This document shows positions 35,641-49,510 of a stretch of DNA of 64,000 nt, one piece after another; within the stretch, counting starts at the first letter, position 1; each line of letters opens with the position of its first letter. Origin of the DNA: Octopus bimaculoides (lineage: Eukaryota); the NCBI RefSeq assembly GCF_001194135.2, contig NC_068983.1:35491333-35555332 (forward strand). The letters run 5' to 3'. Position numbers and translations under genes: made by a program. Under the pieces are notes generated by a model, which searched no databases, had not been told where the DNA came from, and worked only from the letters and a program-made list of their open reading frames with translations.

Positions 35641-35760
35641 AAATTGTTACACTAGATAATAACAGAGTCAATGGTATCTTCACAAATTATTTTTACATGA
35701 ATTTTTTTTTTCTCGTCAATTGTTTGTTCCATATTGATATATATCTTTTTTTTTCTGAAG

Positions 35761-35908
35761 GAATTAAATGTTTTGGCCCCAGTGCTAAAGCAGCTCAAAT
35801 TGAAGCTAGCAAAGAATTTGCAAAGAATTTCATGATTCGTCATGATATTCCAACTGCTCGTTTCAAGACATTCACCAAGGCAGATGAGGCCTACGAACAC
35901 ATTAGAAG
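35761..35908 (+). CDS. GART: GART exon C (GIKCFGPSAKAAQIEASKEFAKNFMIRHDIPTA...)
   Basis: AG/GTGAGT boundaries, phase 1/2, FGP..AA..E.SK.FAK motif. Confidence 0.97.
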
Positions 35909-36541
35909 GTGAGTTGCTCACTTTTCTCACCTGTATCCCATAGTTATCATTGATTTAATATTTATTTCTACTTACTGGTATGATGTTTCAGTAAGTCTTC
36001 TATTCATATATATCATGCTTGTTTTTTGTTTTTCTATTATCTACTTAGCTCTTTTCTGTCTTGCATGGATCCTCTGTGCCCATCATACGTCTGCAATGGT
36101 GTAGTTATTTGAAATATATCACAGGAAAATCTGACATTGTTTGAGACGGACCCAACTGATTTATTTAAACATTTCTTAACCCTATAGAAGCCATTGTTGT
36201 GATGTATATCTGTCCGAATAATTCATACCCATATACACACACCTATTCTAAGCATAGTATTATATTTACATCATAAATATCAGTTTTACAGCCTGTATGA
36301 CAATTCTCCTGACCAAAATATAAACAACTAAACAATTGGTCTGAAAGAAGATAAAACTGAGAATTGGTAGTCCAATAAAGTAATTGATTTGTAATAAATG
36401 TATGGTTTCATACTTTACTAAATTTGTTTTTTCCACAAAATATACTTGTGAAATAGGGATGCATCTTATGTGCTGGCAAATACAGAATTTGATTTTACTG
36501 AATACACCAACATATAATTTGTTTTCCTTTGTTTACTCCAG

Positions 36542-36653
36542 TGCTCCATACAAAGCATTAGTGGTGAAAGCAAGTGGGTTGGCTGCTGGCAAAGGAGTGA
36601 TCGTCGCTAGTTCAGTGGAAGAAGCTTGTCAATCAGTTAAAGATATTCTTGAG
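36542..36653 (+). CDS. GART: GART exon D (ALVVKASGLAAGKGVIVA...)
   Basis: ATP-grasp motif; phase 2/0. Confidence 0.97.
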
Positions 36654-37491
36654 GTAAAGTAGCCATATTTAACCGATCTAAAATTCCTCTAGTCTTTATC
36701 TCCACCATTCGTTACTTGCTACTATCAGCTATTTTTATATACTTCTGTTTTCTTCCGTAACTACCTGGTTACTTTACCTGTATATTTCTTCTCTTTGTGC
36801 TTCACCTGTTTCTCTTTTCCTCTCTCTAAGTTAGCAACTGGTTTTTTCCACTCACCCTTGCTACTGTATTTCCTAGCAAGCAAGTCAAATTTTTCAGACC
36901 AAACTTTACTACCAAAAATGTGAAGTCAGTTTATACACCAAGACAGCTTTGGCAGACTGGAAATTCCACGAGGACTGCAACAGAATTTGGAAAGATAGTG
37001 ATGCCTGAATGTTTTCACTACATGTTTACACTTTATCTACATTGGCATATATGCTGAAAAATGCAGTATTTGATTGTATACCTTTCTATATCTGCTCTTC
37101 CTCTCTCTTTTCACTTCACCCATCTCCATAATTCTTGTAACCTTCTTATCTCAAACTCATCCTCTGGTAGTCTCCATGTTTCTCATTGGTATTCTTTCTA
37201 CTCTTCATACTTTACCAATTTCTGTTTCCCTCTAGTACTCTGCTTGTCTTCATAGCTCACTCCACCATCTGCCTATCTCAATGTTTCCTACTTATATACC
37301 AATCCTCTCTTCTGCAGTTATACTCTTTCCTCTCAACCACAGCTGTACTCTCTCCATTCAACTGCAATTGTACTCTCTCCTCTCCACTACAACTGTACTC
37401 TCTTCATCAAAACTGTACTTTCCTTTCTATTACAACAATAGTCCCCCCACCCCAATCCTATTCACTGAAGACTTTTCGCTATTTTGTTCAG

Positions 37492-37560
37492 GACAAGAAA
37501 TTTGGTGCCGCTGGTGAGACTGTCATTATTGAAGAATTACTTGAAGGAGAAGAAGTGTCT
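37492..37560 (+). CDS. GART: GART exon E (DKKFGAAGETVIIEELLEGEEVS)
   Basis: 69 nt, phase 0/0, GTAAGT donor. Confidence 0.97.
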
Positions 37561-39239
37561 GTAAGTCAACAATTTATTAATGTTCTGTGAATTTCGTATG
37601 AAGTTCAGTAATTAGGTGGCAAGTAATGCTGTTCAATGGGTTTCAAACCCCACAGAGGACATTGTTGTGATTTATATCTGTCTAAATGACAAAGATACCC
37701 ATATACACATGCACACAGTTATTCTAAACATAATATTGATTTCAAACTTTGGCACAAGGCCAGCAATTTGAGGGGAGGGGCTAAGTCTATTGAATCAACC
37801 CTAGTGCTCAACTGGTACTTATTTTATTGACCCCCAAAGGATGAAAGGCAAAGTTGACCTCTGAAGAAAGACAGATGAAATGCCACTAGGCATTTTGTCC
37901 AGCATGATGACAATTCTGCCAGCTCAATGCCTTAATCCTAAACATAATATTGTTAAATGTTTCAAATAAACTAATGATTATAGCATGTCCTCTAGGATTT
38001 GACCCTATTCAGGAAGAGATCCTCTATGTGGTCACCCTTATCTGCTTGAAATATTTGTCATAATTCATGTCTCACCCTTTCTTAAAATAAGATGAATGCC
38101 TTTGGTAATGATGATGATGTAGTTTGAGACGCTAATAGAAGATGAGATAGTGATTTCTGGTACAGAAGGGACCTTGGGCTAAATTGCAACGTTATCATTG
38201 TCATTTTAATGTTCACTTTAGCATACCTGCATGGGTCAGATGAATTTTATTGAGGCAGTTTTCTGTGATTGGGTGTCCTTCCTGTTGCCAATCCTCACCT
38301 GTTTCCATGCAAGGTAATATTTTCCCATGGTCAGACATATTTTTCATGAAAGACTGGAAACAAACAACCTCACTTGGATATGATGGTAATGCTCATTTAC
38401 AACTATCACATGATATCAAAACAAGGGTATACACACACACAGCAGCCTTCTTTCAGTTTCCTTCTACCATATCCACCAACAACACTTTGGTCAGCATGGG
38501 TCTACAGTAGAAGACACCTGTCCAAAGTGTCACACAGTGGGACTGAACTCAAGGTCACTTGGTTGGGAAGCAAACTCCTTAACCACATGGCCATGCTTGT
38601 GCCAACCCCAATTATTCACAGTACCCAGTCACGGGTTTAATGTTTTAAAAGACATTCAGCACTTAAGTTTTTGTTTCTTTACTCTCTAAAAGTGTCTTAA
38701 ATTTGTAGAACTAGACAACCCACAATGAAATATTTCTTCATAAATACCAATCCTGTCTTTACTTTGCATGTGGTATCTGTTTAGGTGTCATCTATCTATC
38801 GGTGTATGTATGCACATGCAAGGGTGTAGGTATTTGTGCTTCTTTGTCTCAACATCACATGATAGTTGTAAATGGACACCACTATCAAACAACCAGTGTC
38901 CTTCGTTTGCAAAACTTGCCTGGCCATGGAGAAATATTACCTTCCTTGAAAATATGTCTAAGTTGGTGACAAGAAGGGTATCTGAACATACAAAATCTTC
39001 CTCGACAATCTGATCCACTTGTAAGAACGAACTTGTAGTGAATTGTCCTCTCGTAATTCCACCAGACACAGAGCATCAACTTGTATTCAAAATGGTCTTG
39101 TTTGGTGACAAGGTTTCAGAAGCTGGCCCTTGCTTAACCATTGCTTCTGCCCCTGAGATTGCAGAAAAATATCTCCCTCAGATTATTACGTGTTCTGATC
39201 CCTGACTCTCTTCTTGTGCTTGCGATGCTTCATCAATCA

Positions 39240-39400
39240 TGTTGAGGTGGAAGCGTCAGTGAAGGAGTTCTTCACCTCAAAGGAGAAGAACTGGCATTAG
39301 TATGCAATCAAAGAACTGAGAGAAAGGTGGCTTCAGACGGTACACCACGATAGCCTCTACTTTGAATACTAGGCTGCTTTTGTTGTAACTTGATGAATAA
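39240..39400 (+). mobile_element. Mariner transposase C-terminal relic
   Basis: Translates as VKEFFTSKEKNWH*YAIKELRERWLQTVHHDSLYFEY*, like the mariner ..GI..L.ERW..V....YF end. Confidence 0.65.
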
Positions 39401-40368
39401 AGCATATATCATCATCATCATTGTTTAACGTCCGCTTTCCATGCTAGCATGGGTTGGATGATTTGACTGAGGACTGGTGAACCAGATGGCTACACCAAGC
39501 TCCAATCTGATTTGGCAGAGTTTCTACAGCTGGATGCCCTTCCTAACGCCAACCACTCCAAGAGTATAGTGGGTGCTTTTACGTGCCACCGGCACGAGAG
39601 CCAGTCAGGCAGTACTGGCAACGGCCACGCTCAAGATGGTGTATTTTATGTGCCACCTGCACAGTAGCCAGTCCAGCAGCACTGGCAACAATCTCGTTCG
39701 AATGTCTTTACACGTGCCACCGGCACAAGTGCCAGGAAGGCAACGCTGGGCACAGGTGCCATCACGATTTCGCTTTCACTTGCCCCAACAGGTCTTCGCA
39801 AGCCGAGTTTAGTGTCCAATGTTACCAAAATATTGCAAAACTTTTAACACAACACAATATATATATTTTTATTCATTTATACATAATTGACAAATGCTTT
39901 ATGATGAGATTTTGGGTAGAGGAAACCATAGAAAGGCGTGACATGTGTATGTATATTTGTTGAGTTGCGTCACTTTTTGTTATTGAGATATCTGACTAAA
40001 CATTCTTGAAAGTGGTGTGTCAGCATGGTCACAGTCCAATGACTGAAACCAGTGAAAGAGTAGTGAATATTAGACTTTCTTTTTGCAGTGCAAGGAGACA
40101 GTAGAAATGTAGTTGGACTCTCGTTTGAAACAGCAAGGCACCTTTATTTTTGTTACACAATAGGAACCTTCAACTAACAGCTGTTGCAATATTTTGCATC
40201 ACTTATATGCTGATGTGAGTTTCCATACAAGTGATGTGACAAACAGCTGGGTTTACTTATATATTAATGTATACACATTGCTAGATATAATACTACAATT
40301 TATACATATCTTGAATAATTATTTTGTGTTGAATGTATTATTTTCTTTCAAATCTCTTCTCTTTTTAG

Positions 40369-40975
<607 letters not shown>

Positions 40976-41446
40976 TTAGAAAAATGTGACATGACTTTAC
41001 TATTTGACAATTAAAACCAGTGGCAAAGGACAAAAGTGATGGTGCATGGTCTAATGGTTAAGGTGTTGCACTCTCAATCACAAGATTGTGATTTCAATTA
41101 CCAGATCAGGCGGTGCATTGTGTTCTTGAGCAAAACACTTTGTTTCCCATTGCTCCAGTCCACTCAGCTGTAAGCGGATAACCTTGCAATGGACTGGCAT
41201 CCCATTCTGGGCTTTGCAAACATTGTAAGCAACCTTGTGAGTCCTAGGACTCGAGAAGTAATGTCTGAGGGTTGATGATGATGAAAAGACAAAACTAAAG
41301 TGATATTTGTTGTTATGGTGATCAAAATATTTCGATGATTATAAGATTTTAGATATTAAGTTGTTGTTTTTCTTTTGCATATGTTTATTTGAATTTTGGT
41401 GTTATTTGTTTCAAATCATCATTTATAATTTGTTTCAATGTATCAG

Positions 41447-41534
41447 ATTACAGATTCTGAACTGAAACTTGTTACAGAGACTGTTCTACAAAAAGCTGTT
41501 GATGGACTGAGATCAGAGGGAATGCCATTTGTAG
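41447..41534 (+). CDS. GART: GART exon G (ITDSELKLVTETVLQKAVDGLRSEGMPFV)
   Basis: 88 nt, phase 0/1, GTAAGT donor; absent from the ORF track. Confidence 0.95.
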
Positions 41535-42724
41535 GTAAGTAAATACCTGACAACTTACTCCCTGTAGCATTCAGATTATTCTGTCAGATGTAATATTTAT
41601 TCACATTGTTTTGAATCTGTCATGCATTATCTCATGGCATTGAGATTTCAAGGATAACATTATTTATTTTTAGACTGATATTGTAGGGTAGGTTTGAGAA
41701 GCCAGATCTAGCCAGTTTTATAACATAAAACAGGTAGAATATTTAGTTAGGCTGGATATGGCCAGTTTAAATGCTAAAGGGTTAATGTACCTTTTTGACA
41801 AAAACAAAAAAATTGAAATCTTTATAATAGATTCATATTAGCTGAGAGCTTCTGTTACTTAGGCAACCTAATTAGCAACAAGAAAAGGATATACTGAAAG
41901 CATAACAGCCAGAATTAAAACATGGTGGAGAAAGTTTGAGGAACTGTTATCCCTGATGGTGATAGGTGGTTTCTCTTTCCGGTCTATGAACTGCTGCATA
42001 GTAGTGAAAGAACTGAGAGAAAAAACTTGGTAAAAGAGGAAGCATCTGTGATGTGCAAGAGTGATGGCTATGTTAGTATGGACATGTAATAATGGGTGAA
42101 GAAGTGCTAGGAGATTCATGTAGAAAGATAGTAGAAGAGGAAGACTAAGGAGGACGTGGGCAGATGTGAAGGTCATTCAGGAAGCTGAATGTCTCAAACG
42201 AGAAAGAAAGACAAGTGGTAGGAAACTGTTGGAGGGACTCATCCAGCACATGCAAGTATAGAAAATCAAAAAGGAAAAAAACATGATGATTAGTTATGTA
42301 CTGGATCAGTAACCCAATGGTCTTGAGATCAAAACTTCTTTTTTACAGTATGACTTTTTCACTTAAATGAAAGCAACATGCCATTTTTGCCTGATTGACA
42401 ATACCAAATACTCAATCTTGTTTTAAAAATTTCTTTTTAATTACTGACATCCTACACACTGAATACATCAATGTGATGAGAGTAGTGAAATATACCTTTT
42501 CTTTTTTTCTCAAGCTTATAAGTAAATGGAGCTTCTGGCTCAAATGCCAAGCAGTACAGCATGTCGTATCCAAATTTCTGACAGTGAATTGCGTCATGGT
42601 GCTGTTTTTCTCACAGACGGTGTCCAACTGACCCTACTATACTGTGTAGTCGACAAAATCAAAAACAATGTATGCACAAAATTAAAAATATAAAATGGTG
42701 ACAATTTACCCATCACACCCTATG

Positions 42725-42759
<35 letters not shown>

Positions 42760-42989
42760 GCGCGCGCGCCCACATATATATATATACACTTGTCTACATA
42801 TATATATATTTCCATGGGTTTAAAATTATTAAAAACATTTTATTTTTTTATAATTTTATACTTTCATCCAGTATTGGACCATTATCATTCATATATATAT
42901 ATATATATTCATACACACACTTTTTATATGCTTTTTCATGTGTTACACTCAGCAAACTAATGTAAGCACTCGTGTTTTTATCAGACTGA

Positions 42990-43232
<243 letters not shown>

Positions 43233-44463
43233 TAATAGGTTTAAATATGAGTTTCTTATGAAATCATCTTTTATCATTTCATGTTACTTGTTTCAGCCAT
43301 GCTGGAGCGCCACTTTGAAGAATTTTAGTCAAACAAATTGACTTATGATCTTTTTGTAAAGCCTGGTACTTATTCTATCAATTTCTTTTGCAAAAACACT
43401 AAGTTACAGGGATGTAAACACACCTACTCTGGTTGTCCAGTGGTGAGAGACAAACAATCACAAAGACGGCACCTAAAATACACCATTTTAAGCGTGGCCG
43501 TTGCCAGTACCGCCTGACTGGCCTTCGAGCGAGATCGTTGCCAGTGCCCCTGGGCTGGCTCTTGTGCAGGTGGCACCTAAAATACACTATTTTGAGTGTG
43601 GCCGTTGCCAGTACCGCCTGACTGGCCTTCGTGCCGGTGGCACATAAAAGCACCCACTACACTCTCGGAGTGGTTGGTGTTAGGAAGGGCATCTAGCTGT
43701 AGAAACTCTGCCAAATCAGATTGGAGCCTGGTGTAGCCATCTGGTTCACCAGTCCTCAGTCAAATCGTCCAACCCATGCTAGCATGGAAAGCAGACGTTA
43801 AACGATGATGATATATGATGGGCTTCTTTCAGTTTCCCTCTACCAGATCCACTCACAAGGATTTGGTTGACCCAAATCTATAGTAGAAGACACTTGCCCA
43901 AATTGCCATGTAGCAAGACTGAACCAGAAACCATGTGGTTGGGATGCAGACTTCTTTCCACACAGCTATACCTGTGCCTATATTAATATTTACTGTAGTG
44001 TTTAATGTTCAGACACTGTTTATGAGCTTGTCATGTACGCTGGTGATGTGTGTGTGTGTATTGTATGTTTTTCCTTCCTAGCATAGGCTGAAGGGAATTC
44101 TTTGTGGCAGGAATTTACAGCCAGATGTGCTTCCTGTTGCCAACAATTACCCGTTTTTCAAATAAGGGGTACTTTTTGTTATTTCGCAGCTCCTAAAATC
44201 TACAGAGTGTAAACATTATATCATTGTTTCACCCAGATAGGACAAGCAAAGCCATAAAAGTTAAGTCACACAATCATATACACATATGCAACAGGTTTCT
44301 GTACAGTTTCTTCCTACCAAACTCACTCACTTTTATAGCCTAGGTCTATAAAAGATATTTGTCTAAGGAGCCTTGCTGAAGGACTGAGCCTGAAACTATG
44401 TGGTTGTAGAGCAAGCAACCTTCTTAACCAAACAACCATAGGTATCTTCATATAAACATTTAA

Positions 44464-44683
44464 CCCTTTAGCATTTAAACCAGCCATATCTGGCCCAAAT
44501 ATTCTACCTGTTTTGTGTTCAAAATGGTTAGATTTGGCCTCTTGTGCCTACCCTTTAATGTCATTCTAAAAATAAACATTCACATCATCAAAATCTTGAA
44601 GCTCTGACATAATACATCATTAATTCAAAACAATGTGAATAAATAAGCATAGCATTTGACAGAGAAATCTGAATGCTAAAGGG
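44464..44683. mobile_element. piggyBac-type MITE with intact TTAA duplication
   Basis: TTAA|ccctttagcat...atgctaaaggg|TTAA. Confidence 0.8.
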
Positions 44684-44743
44684 TTAAGAAAAAACAATTA
44701 TTTAAATTGAGATTGTTTTGAAAATGTTCTTCCATTTTTACAG

Positions 44744-44912
44744 TCCATCCTTCCTCTGCTCAAATCGGATCTTCTCACAGTCTGCACTGCCTGCGTCAAC
44801 GGTACACTGCAACATACCATGCCAGAATTTGATGCTGCATCCAAAGTCCTTGGTGTTGTCGTCGTTAGTGGAGGCTATCCTGGTTCATATAAGAAAAATC
44901 TTCCACTCACAG
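44744..44912 (+). CDS. GART: GART exon I (SILPLLKSDL...VVVVSGGYPGSY...)
   Basis: 169 nt, phase 0/1. Confidence 0.96.
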
Positions 44913-46901
44913 GTAATGCTCTTTTTGTTCTTGTTAATGACTCATGTGGTGTGTATTCGAGTCCAGAGTCTGAATTACTATCTCATTACGATTTCAAGAG
45001 TCAACTCAAAAGCCTAATTATTTTCCCACTATGCAGTATAATTGTTATGTCATACCTAAACCACATTTAGAATTATAGACTATATTCAGTTTTTCTGTCT
45101 GATTGATAAATCATTCAACAAATAAACAAGGCATACTCTTTACCAGTGGTTCTTAACTAGGGTCCAGATGACCTTTGCGAGTCTAAGGTTTTGTTGTTAA
45201 AATTTATGTGCAATAAATTGGTTATACACAAAATATTTTAACAATTTTGTGACATAATTCCTATTAATGTTACTAAAAATGGTAGGATTTTTTAAACATA
45301 GAATAGCTATGAGGGTCCAGTGGAGTAAATGGATAGAAAAAATCCTGAGTGAGGAACTGTAAAGATATGTAAATCATCATCATCATCGTTTAACGTCCAC
45401 TTTCCATGCTGGCATGGGTTGGACGGTTTGACTGAGGGCTGGCGAGCCAGAAGGCTGCACCAGGCACCAATCTGATCTGGCAAGGTTTCTACAGCTGGAT
45501 GCTCTTCCTAACGCCAACCACTCCGATAGTGTAGTGAGTGCTTTTGTGTGTCACCAGCACAAGGGCCAGTCAGGCGATACTGGCATCAACCACGCTCAAA
45601 TGGTGCTTTTTACATGCCACCTGTACAGAAGCCAGTCCAGCTGCACTGGTAACAACTATGCTCGGATGGTGTTTTTTATGTGCCACCTACACAGGAGCCA
45701 GTCAGGTGACGCTGGCAACAATCACACTTGAGTGGCGCTGTTTACATGCCACTGGGCACGGGAGCCAGTCAGTGGTCCTGGCAACGATCATGCACGAATG
45801 ATGCTTTTAATGTTCCACTGGCACGGATGCCAATCAGGCGGTACTATCATCAGCCACAACAAAGATTTCACTTGTCTCAACAGGTCTTCGCAAGCATAGT
45901 GTATTGTCCAATGATTGAAGGGTACTCTTAAATGGGCTGATTATACAGCACTGGCATAGGCCAGAGAATTATCATATGAGTTAACAAAATTAAGCAGAAT
46001 CTGTTGCTCTTTAACATATAAATTCAAATTACAGGTAATTTAAATAAAAATAATGCATTTCATAAAATTAAACTATATGACTTTCCAATGCCTATAATTA
46101 TCTTTATGGCAAAGAATTTTTGAATTTCATCCAGGCATACAGAAGTGCATTATTTGTTGTCTTTTTTTCTTTGTTTATATTTTACAGAGCATTTAGTCTC
46201 TGCAGTTCTATTCACCTCAAAATGTCATCTGATTACCTCATCACCACTATATATCTCTTCTGCTACTAATTCATTTCTCATGCTCTCCTAAATGTGAGTA
46301 GCCATGTAGCTCCCCTATAAAAAGAACCTGCTGTCCCACTCCCTTCTCTCATACTTTAACTGTCACCTGCTAGTATAAAACCCCATCCACTGGGGTTTTG
46401 TAGGCTTGCAAGCTTTATGAAGGCCTCACTAGTGCCTGTGGCATAAAAGCTCCCAGTATACATTAATGTGGTCACTGTTACTAAATCTGAATAATTTTAC
46501 CTAAACTTTGAACCAGAGGAATGTGCCAAGCTCCTATGCCTACTTTGGCAAGGTTTTTATGACTGAATGCCTTTCCTAATGCCAACCACTTTATAGAGTC
46601 TACTGGGTGGTTTTTACATGACACTGGCTCCAGTGAGCTCACCAAGTAACTCAAGACAAATCTACTCAGATGGGAGGAGATGTAATATTGAGGGAGGTGG
46701 CTTTGTACCAGGTGATGAGAGGTTCAAGTATGGTAGACAGACAGATATAACAGATGTCTTGCTGTTGGGGAAAATACATGTTTATTTCATTTAGGAAAAA
46801 GGGAGATGATATGTTTTATGTCCATTTTCATTTAAATATTACGTTTTTGCATTTGTTTTGCAAGATTCTTGATGTGGAATCATGTGTTGAAACATGTTTC
46901 A

Positions 46902-47298
46902 GGATGGTCTTCTTTTTTTTTTCTCCTTTTTTATGCCAAATAAATGCACACACTATATATGCGTCCTTCACTTCAGGTTTATTATTGCTTTTGTTTTAGT
47001 GTCCTTTGTCTGAAATCTTTCGTCACACATCCTGTGACCTCTTCAGTGACTCTCCATCTCAAGTGTCTCTTCCTGTCCTGTTTAGTCTGTTCTAAAAAAG
47101 GCGGAATGGACTAAACAGGATAGGAGGAGACATAAGGGAAGGAGAGTCACTGAAGAGGTCACAGGACATGTGACAAAAGATTTCAGACAAATGGCACTAA
47201 AATAATAATAATAATAATAATAACAACAACAACAAAGCTGAAGTGAAGAATGAGTATATACTGAATGTGTTTATTTAACAAAAAAAAAATGACCATCC
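46902..47298. repeat. Intronic palindrome (about 185-bp arms, 21-nt loop) with hammerhead-like motifs (family 3)
   Basis: Left arm ends ...cctgtcctgtttagtc and right arm begins gactaaacaggatagg...; the arms are reverse complements out to ggatggtc/gaccatcc. Confidence 0.85.
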
Positions 47299-47402
47299 CA
47301 AAATAATATTCATTTAAATAGGAATTATTAAATTCAGTTTGACATTTCGGTAACAAAAAGGCTCATAAATTTTTTATACTTTTCTTTTTTTTTGTGTTTT
47401 AG

Positions 47403-47619
47403 GTCTTGAAGAAGCTGAGGCATCTGGAGTGACTGTTTTCCATGCTGGTACATCTCTCCAAGATGGACAATTAGTGACTTCAGGTGGTCGAGTTTTGGCA
47501 GTGGTGGCTAAAGAAAAAGATTTTCAGTCAGCTTCTGACAAAGCACAGAAGGGGGCATCTTTGATTAAGTTCACTGATGCATTTTATCGAAGGGATATTG
47601 GACACAAGATTCTTTCAAG
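47403..47619 (+). CDS. GART: GART exon J, last GARS exon (VFHAGT...VTSGGRVL...FYRRDIGHK)
   Basis: FHAGT, GGRVL and YR.DIG motifs; phase 1/2. Confidence 0.98.
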
Positions 47620-48584
47620 GTAAATTGTCACTTCAGTGAATTTCTGATTTAACAGCTGCACTTTTGCTGCATCCACCTATGATTGCAGCAACAACTACTA
47701 CATAAACAAATGCATTATCTGAAAGATAAAAATTTTTTCCTATTAACATTTTTTTCTCTTTAATTTCTTTAGGTAAATAGATATTAACGTGAAAATCATA
47801 ACTTTTTAAAATAGACTGATTGGAATTAAATTTTTAATCAATATTCTACTGAATATTGGAAGAATAAGCATAATTTCATATGTATCCCTATGTAAGAGGT
47901 GAATTGACAGTCATAAGAGCATCTGACAAAATGTTTCGTGATATTTGTTTTGGTTCTTTGCACTCTAAGTTCAAATCTCGGTGAGGTTAATTTTCTTTCA
48001 TCCTGTCAAGGTCTATAAAAAAATATACTGATCCAGCATGATGGATTGCCAGAACTGTAAGAATGCTAGACCAAATGTCTTTGTGGCTTTTAACCTTTCT
48101 TAGAAACCTTTATGAAAGTAGTGGGGAGTGATTCTATCATTAATGTATAATCATTAGCCTTGCAGTGAATATTGGAGTCTTTTCATTTTGTATCTCTTAC
48201 TTAATTTGAAAGAGACAAATTACTTTGTATCTCTTACTTAATAGTTAACTTAGAAAAATAAATTAATAATAATACAAAACAGTAATTACTGTACTATTAA
48301 TTGTGACCAGATTTTGAGGGGGAAATATGAGGACTGTGTGATTCTTGATTCCAACCTAATTGTCATCATCGTCATTGTCTAATGAATCTAGAAATTCAGC
48401 ATAGCGTTTGCCTAAAGAGATATTTAGTTTTCTGATTCTTTTTGTTACAGATATATTTTATTACACGCATCTATTTAATTCATTACATATCCACATATCT
48501 CTATAGTTCATCAAATATACCCACATATTTGTACAATAGTTTGTTTCATATCCACATATCGCTTTAGCTTGTTGCATATATATA

Positions 48585-48948
48585 GGCACAGGAGTAGCTG
48601 TGTGGTAAGTAGCTTGCTTACCAACCACATGGTTCTGAGTTTGGTTCCACTGCATGGCACTTGGGCAAGTGTCTTCTACTATATCCTCAGGCTGACCAAA
48701 GCTTTGTGAGTGGATTTGGTAGATGGAAACATATATATATATATATGTGTGTGTCTGTGATTCTCCCCCCACCATCACTTGACAACTGATGTTGGTGTGT
48801 TTATGTCCCTGTAACTTGGTGGTTCAGCAAAAGAGACTGATAGAATAAGTACTAGGCTTACAAAGAATAAGTTCTGGGGTTGATTTGTTTGACTAAAGGC
48901 AGTGCTCCAGCATGGCCACAGTCAAATGACTAAAACAAATAAAAGAAT
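48585..48948 (+). mobile_element. tRNA-derived CORE-like SINE
   Basis: Same family as 484-960. Confidence 0.75.
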
Positions 48949-48950
48949 GA

Positions 48951-49510
48951 AGGGGTTGGACAAAATAATGGAAGCACCTTAAAATTTCAAACAAATTTAT
49001 TTTGATTTGTGATGGGACTGCATTTGGCAGTAATTACAGCTTGAATTCTACAAGGTATGAACTCAAACAAAGTTTGAATTGTTTCCAAAGGAATTTTTGT
49101 CTATTCTTCAGCTAAAACAGTCTCCAGTTCTTGTAGTGATGATGGGGGAGGATATCGACTGCTTACTTTTTTTTGTTTCGATGAGGTGGTTTTTCCCTCT
49201 TTCTCAAAGGCTGTCATTACTATCAAGACAGTACTTCTTGATACACCAAACATTTTGGCTGTTTTCGTTACGTTAGCACCTGCCATACAAGCACCAATAA
49301 TTTGACCTCTTTGAAAGTCTGATAGATATGTCATTTTAATGAATTTTAATTACCTTTTTCTGATATCTGAAAAGAAACAGCAATTTTAGCAAAACATTAA
49401 GCAACACTAGTAATAAATCAAAAAACATAAAAATAAACAAGCTTTTGATGGTTTTATAGATATCTAAAAATTATGATGCTAGATGTTTCCATTATTTTGT
49501 CCAACTCCTG
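48951..49510 (-). mobile_element. Internally deleted Tc1 transposon retaining the N-terminal HTH
   Basis: TIRs aggggttggacaaaataatggaa / ttccattattttgtccaactcctg|TA; LSDFQRGQIIGA.MAGA.VTKTA.MFGVSRSTV...MTAFEKEGKT. Confidence 0.85.

Noticed and set aside
38788-39069. Protein-like 93-aa antisense ORF in a GART intron (possible nested gene)
   Set aside because: Its core is a decayed copy of the repeat also seen at 38250-38335, and no family motif is recognisable.
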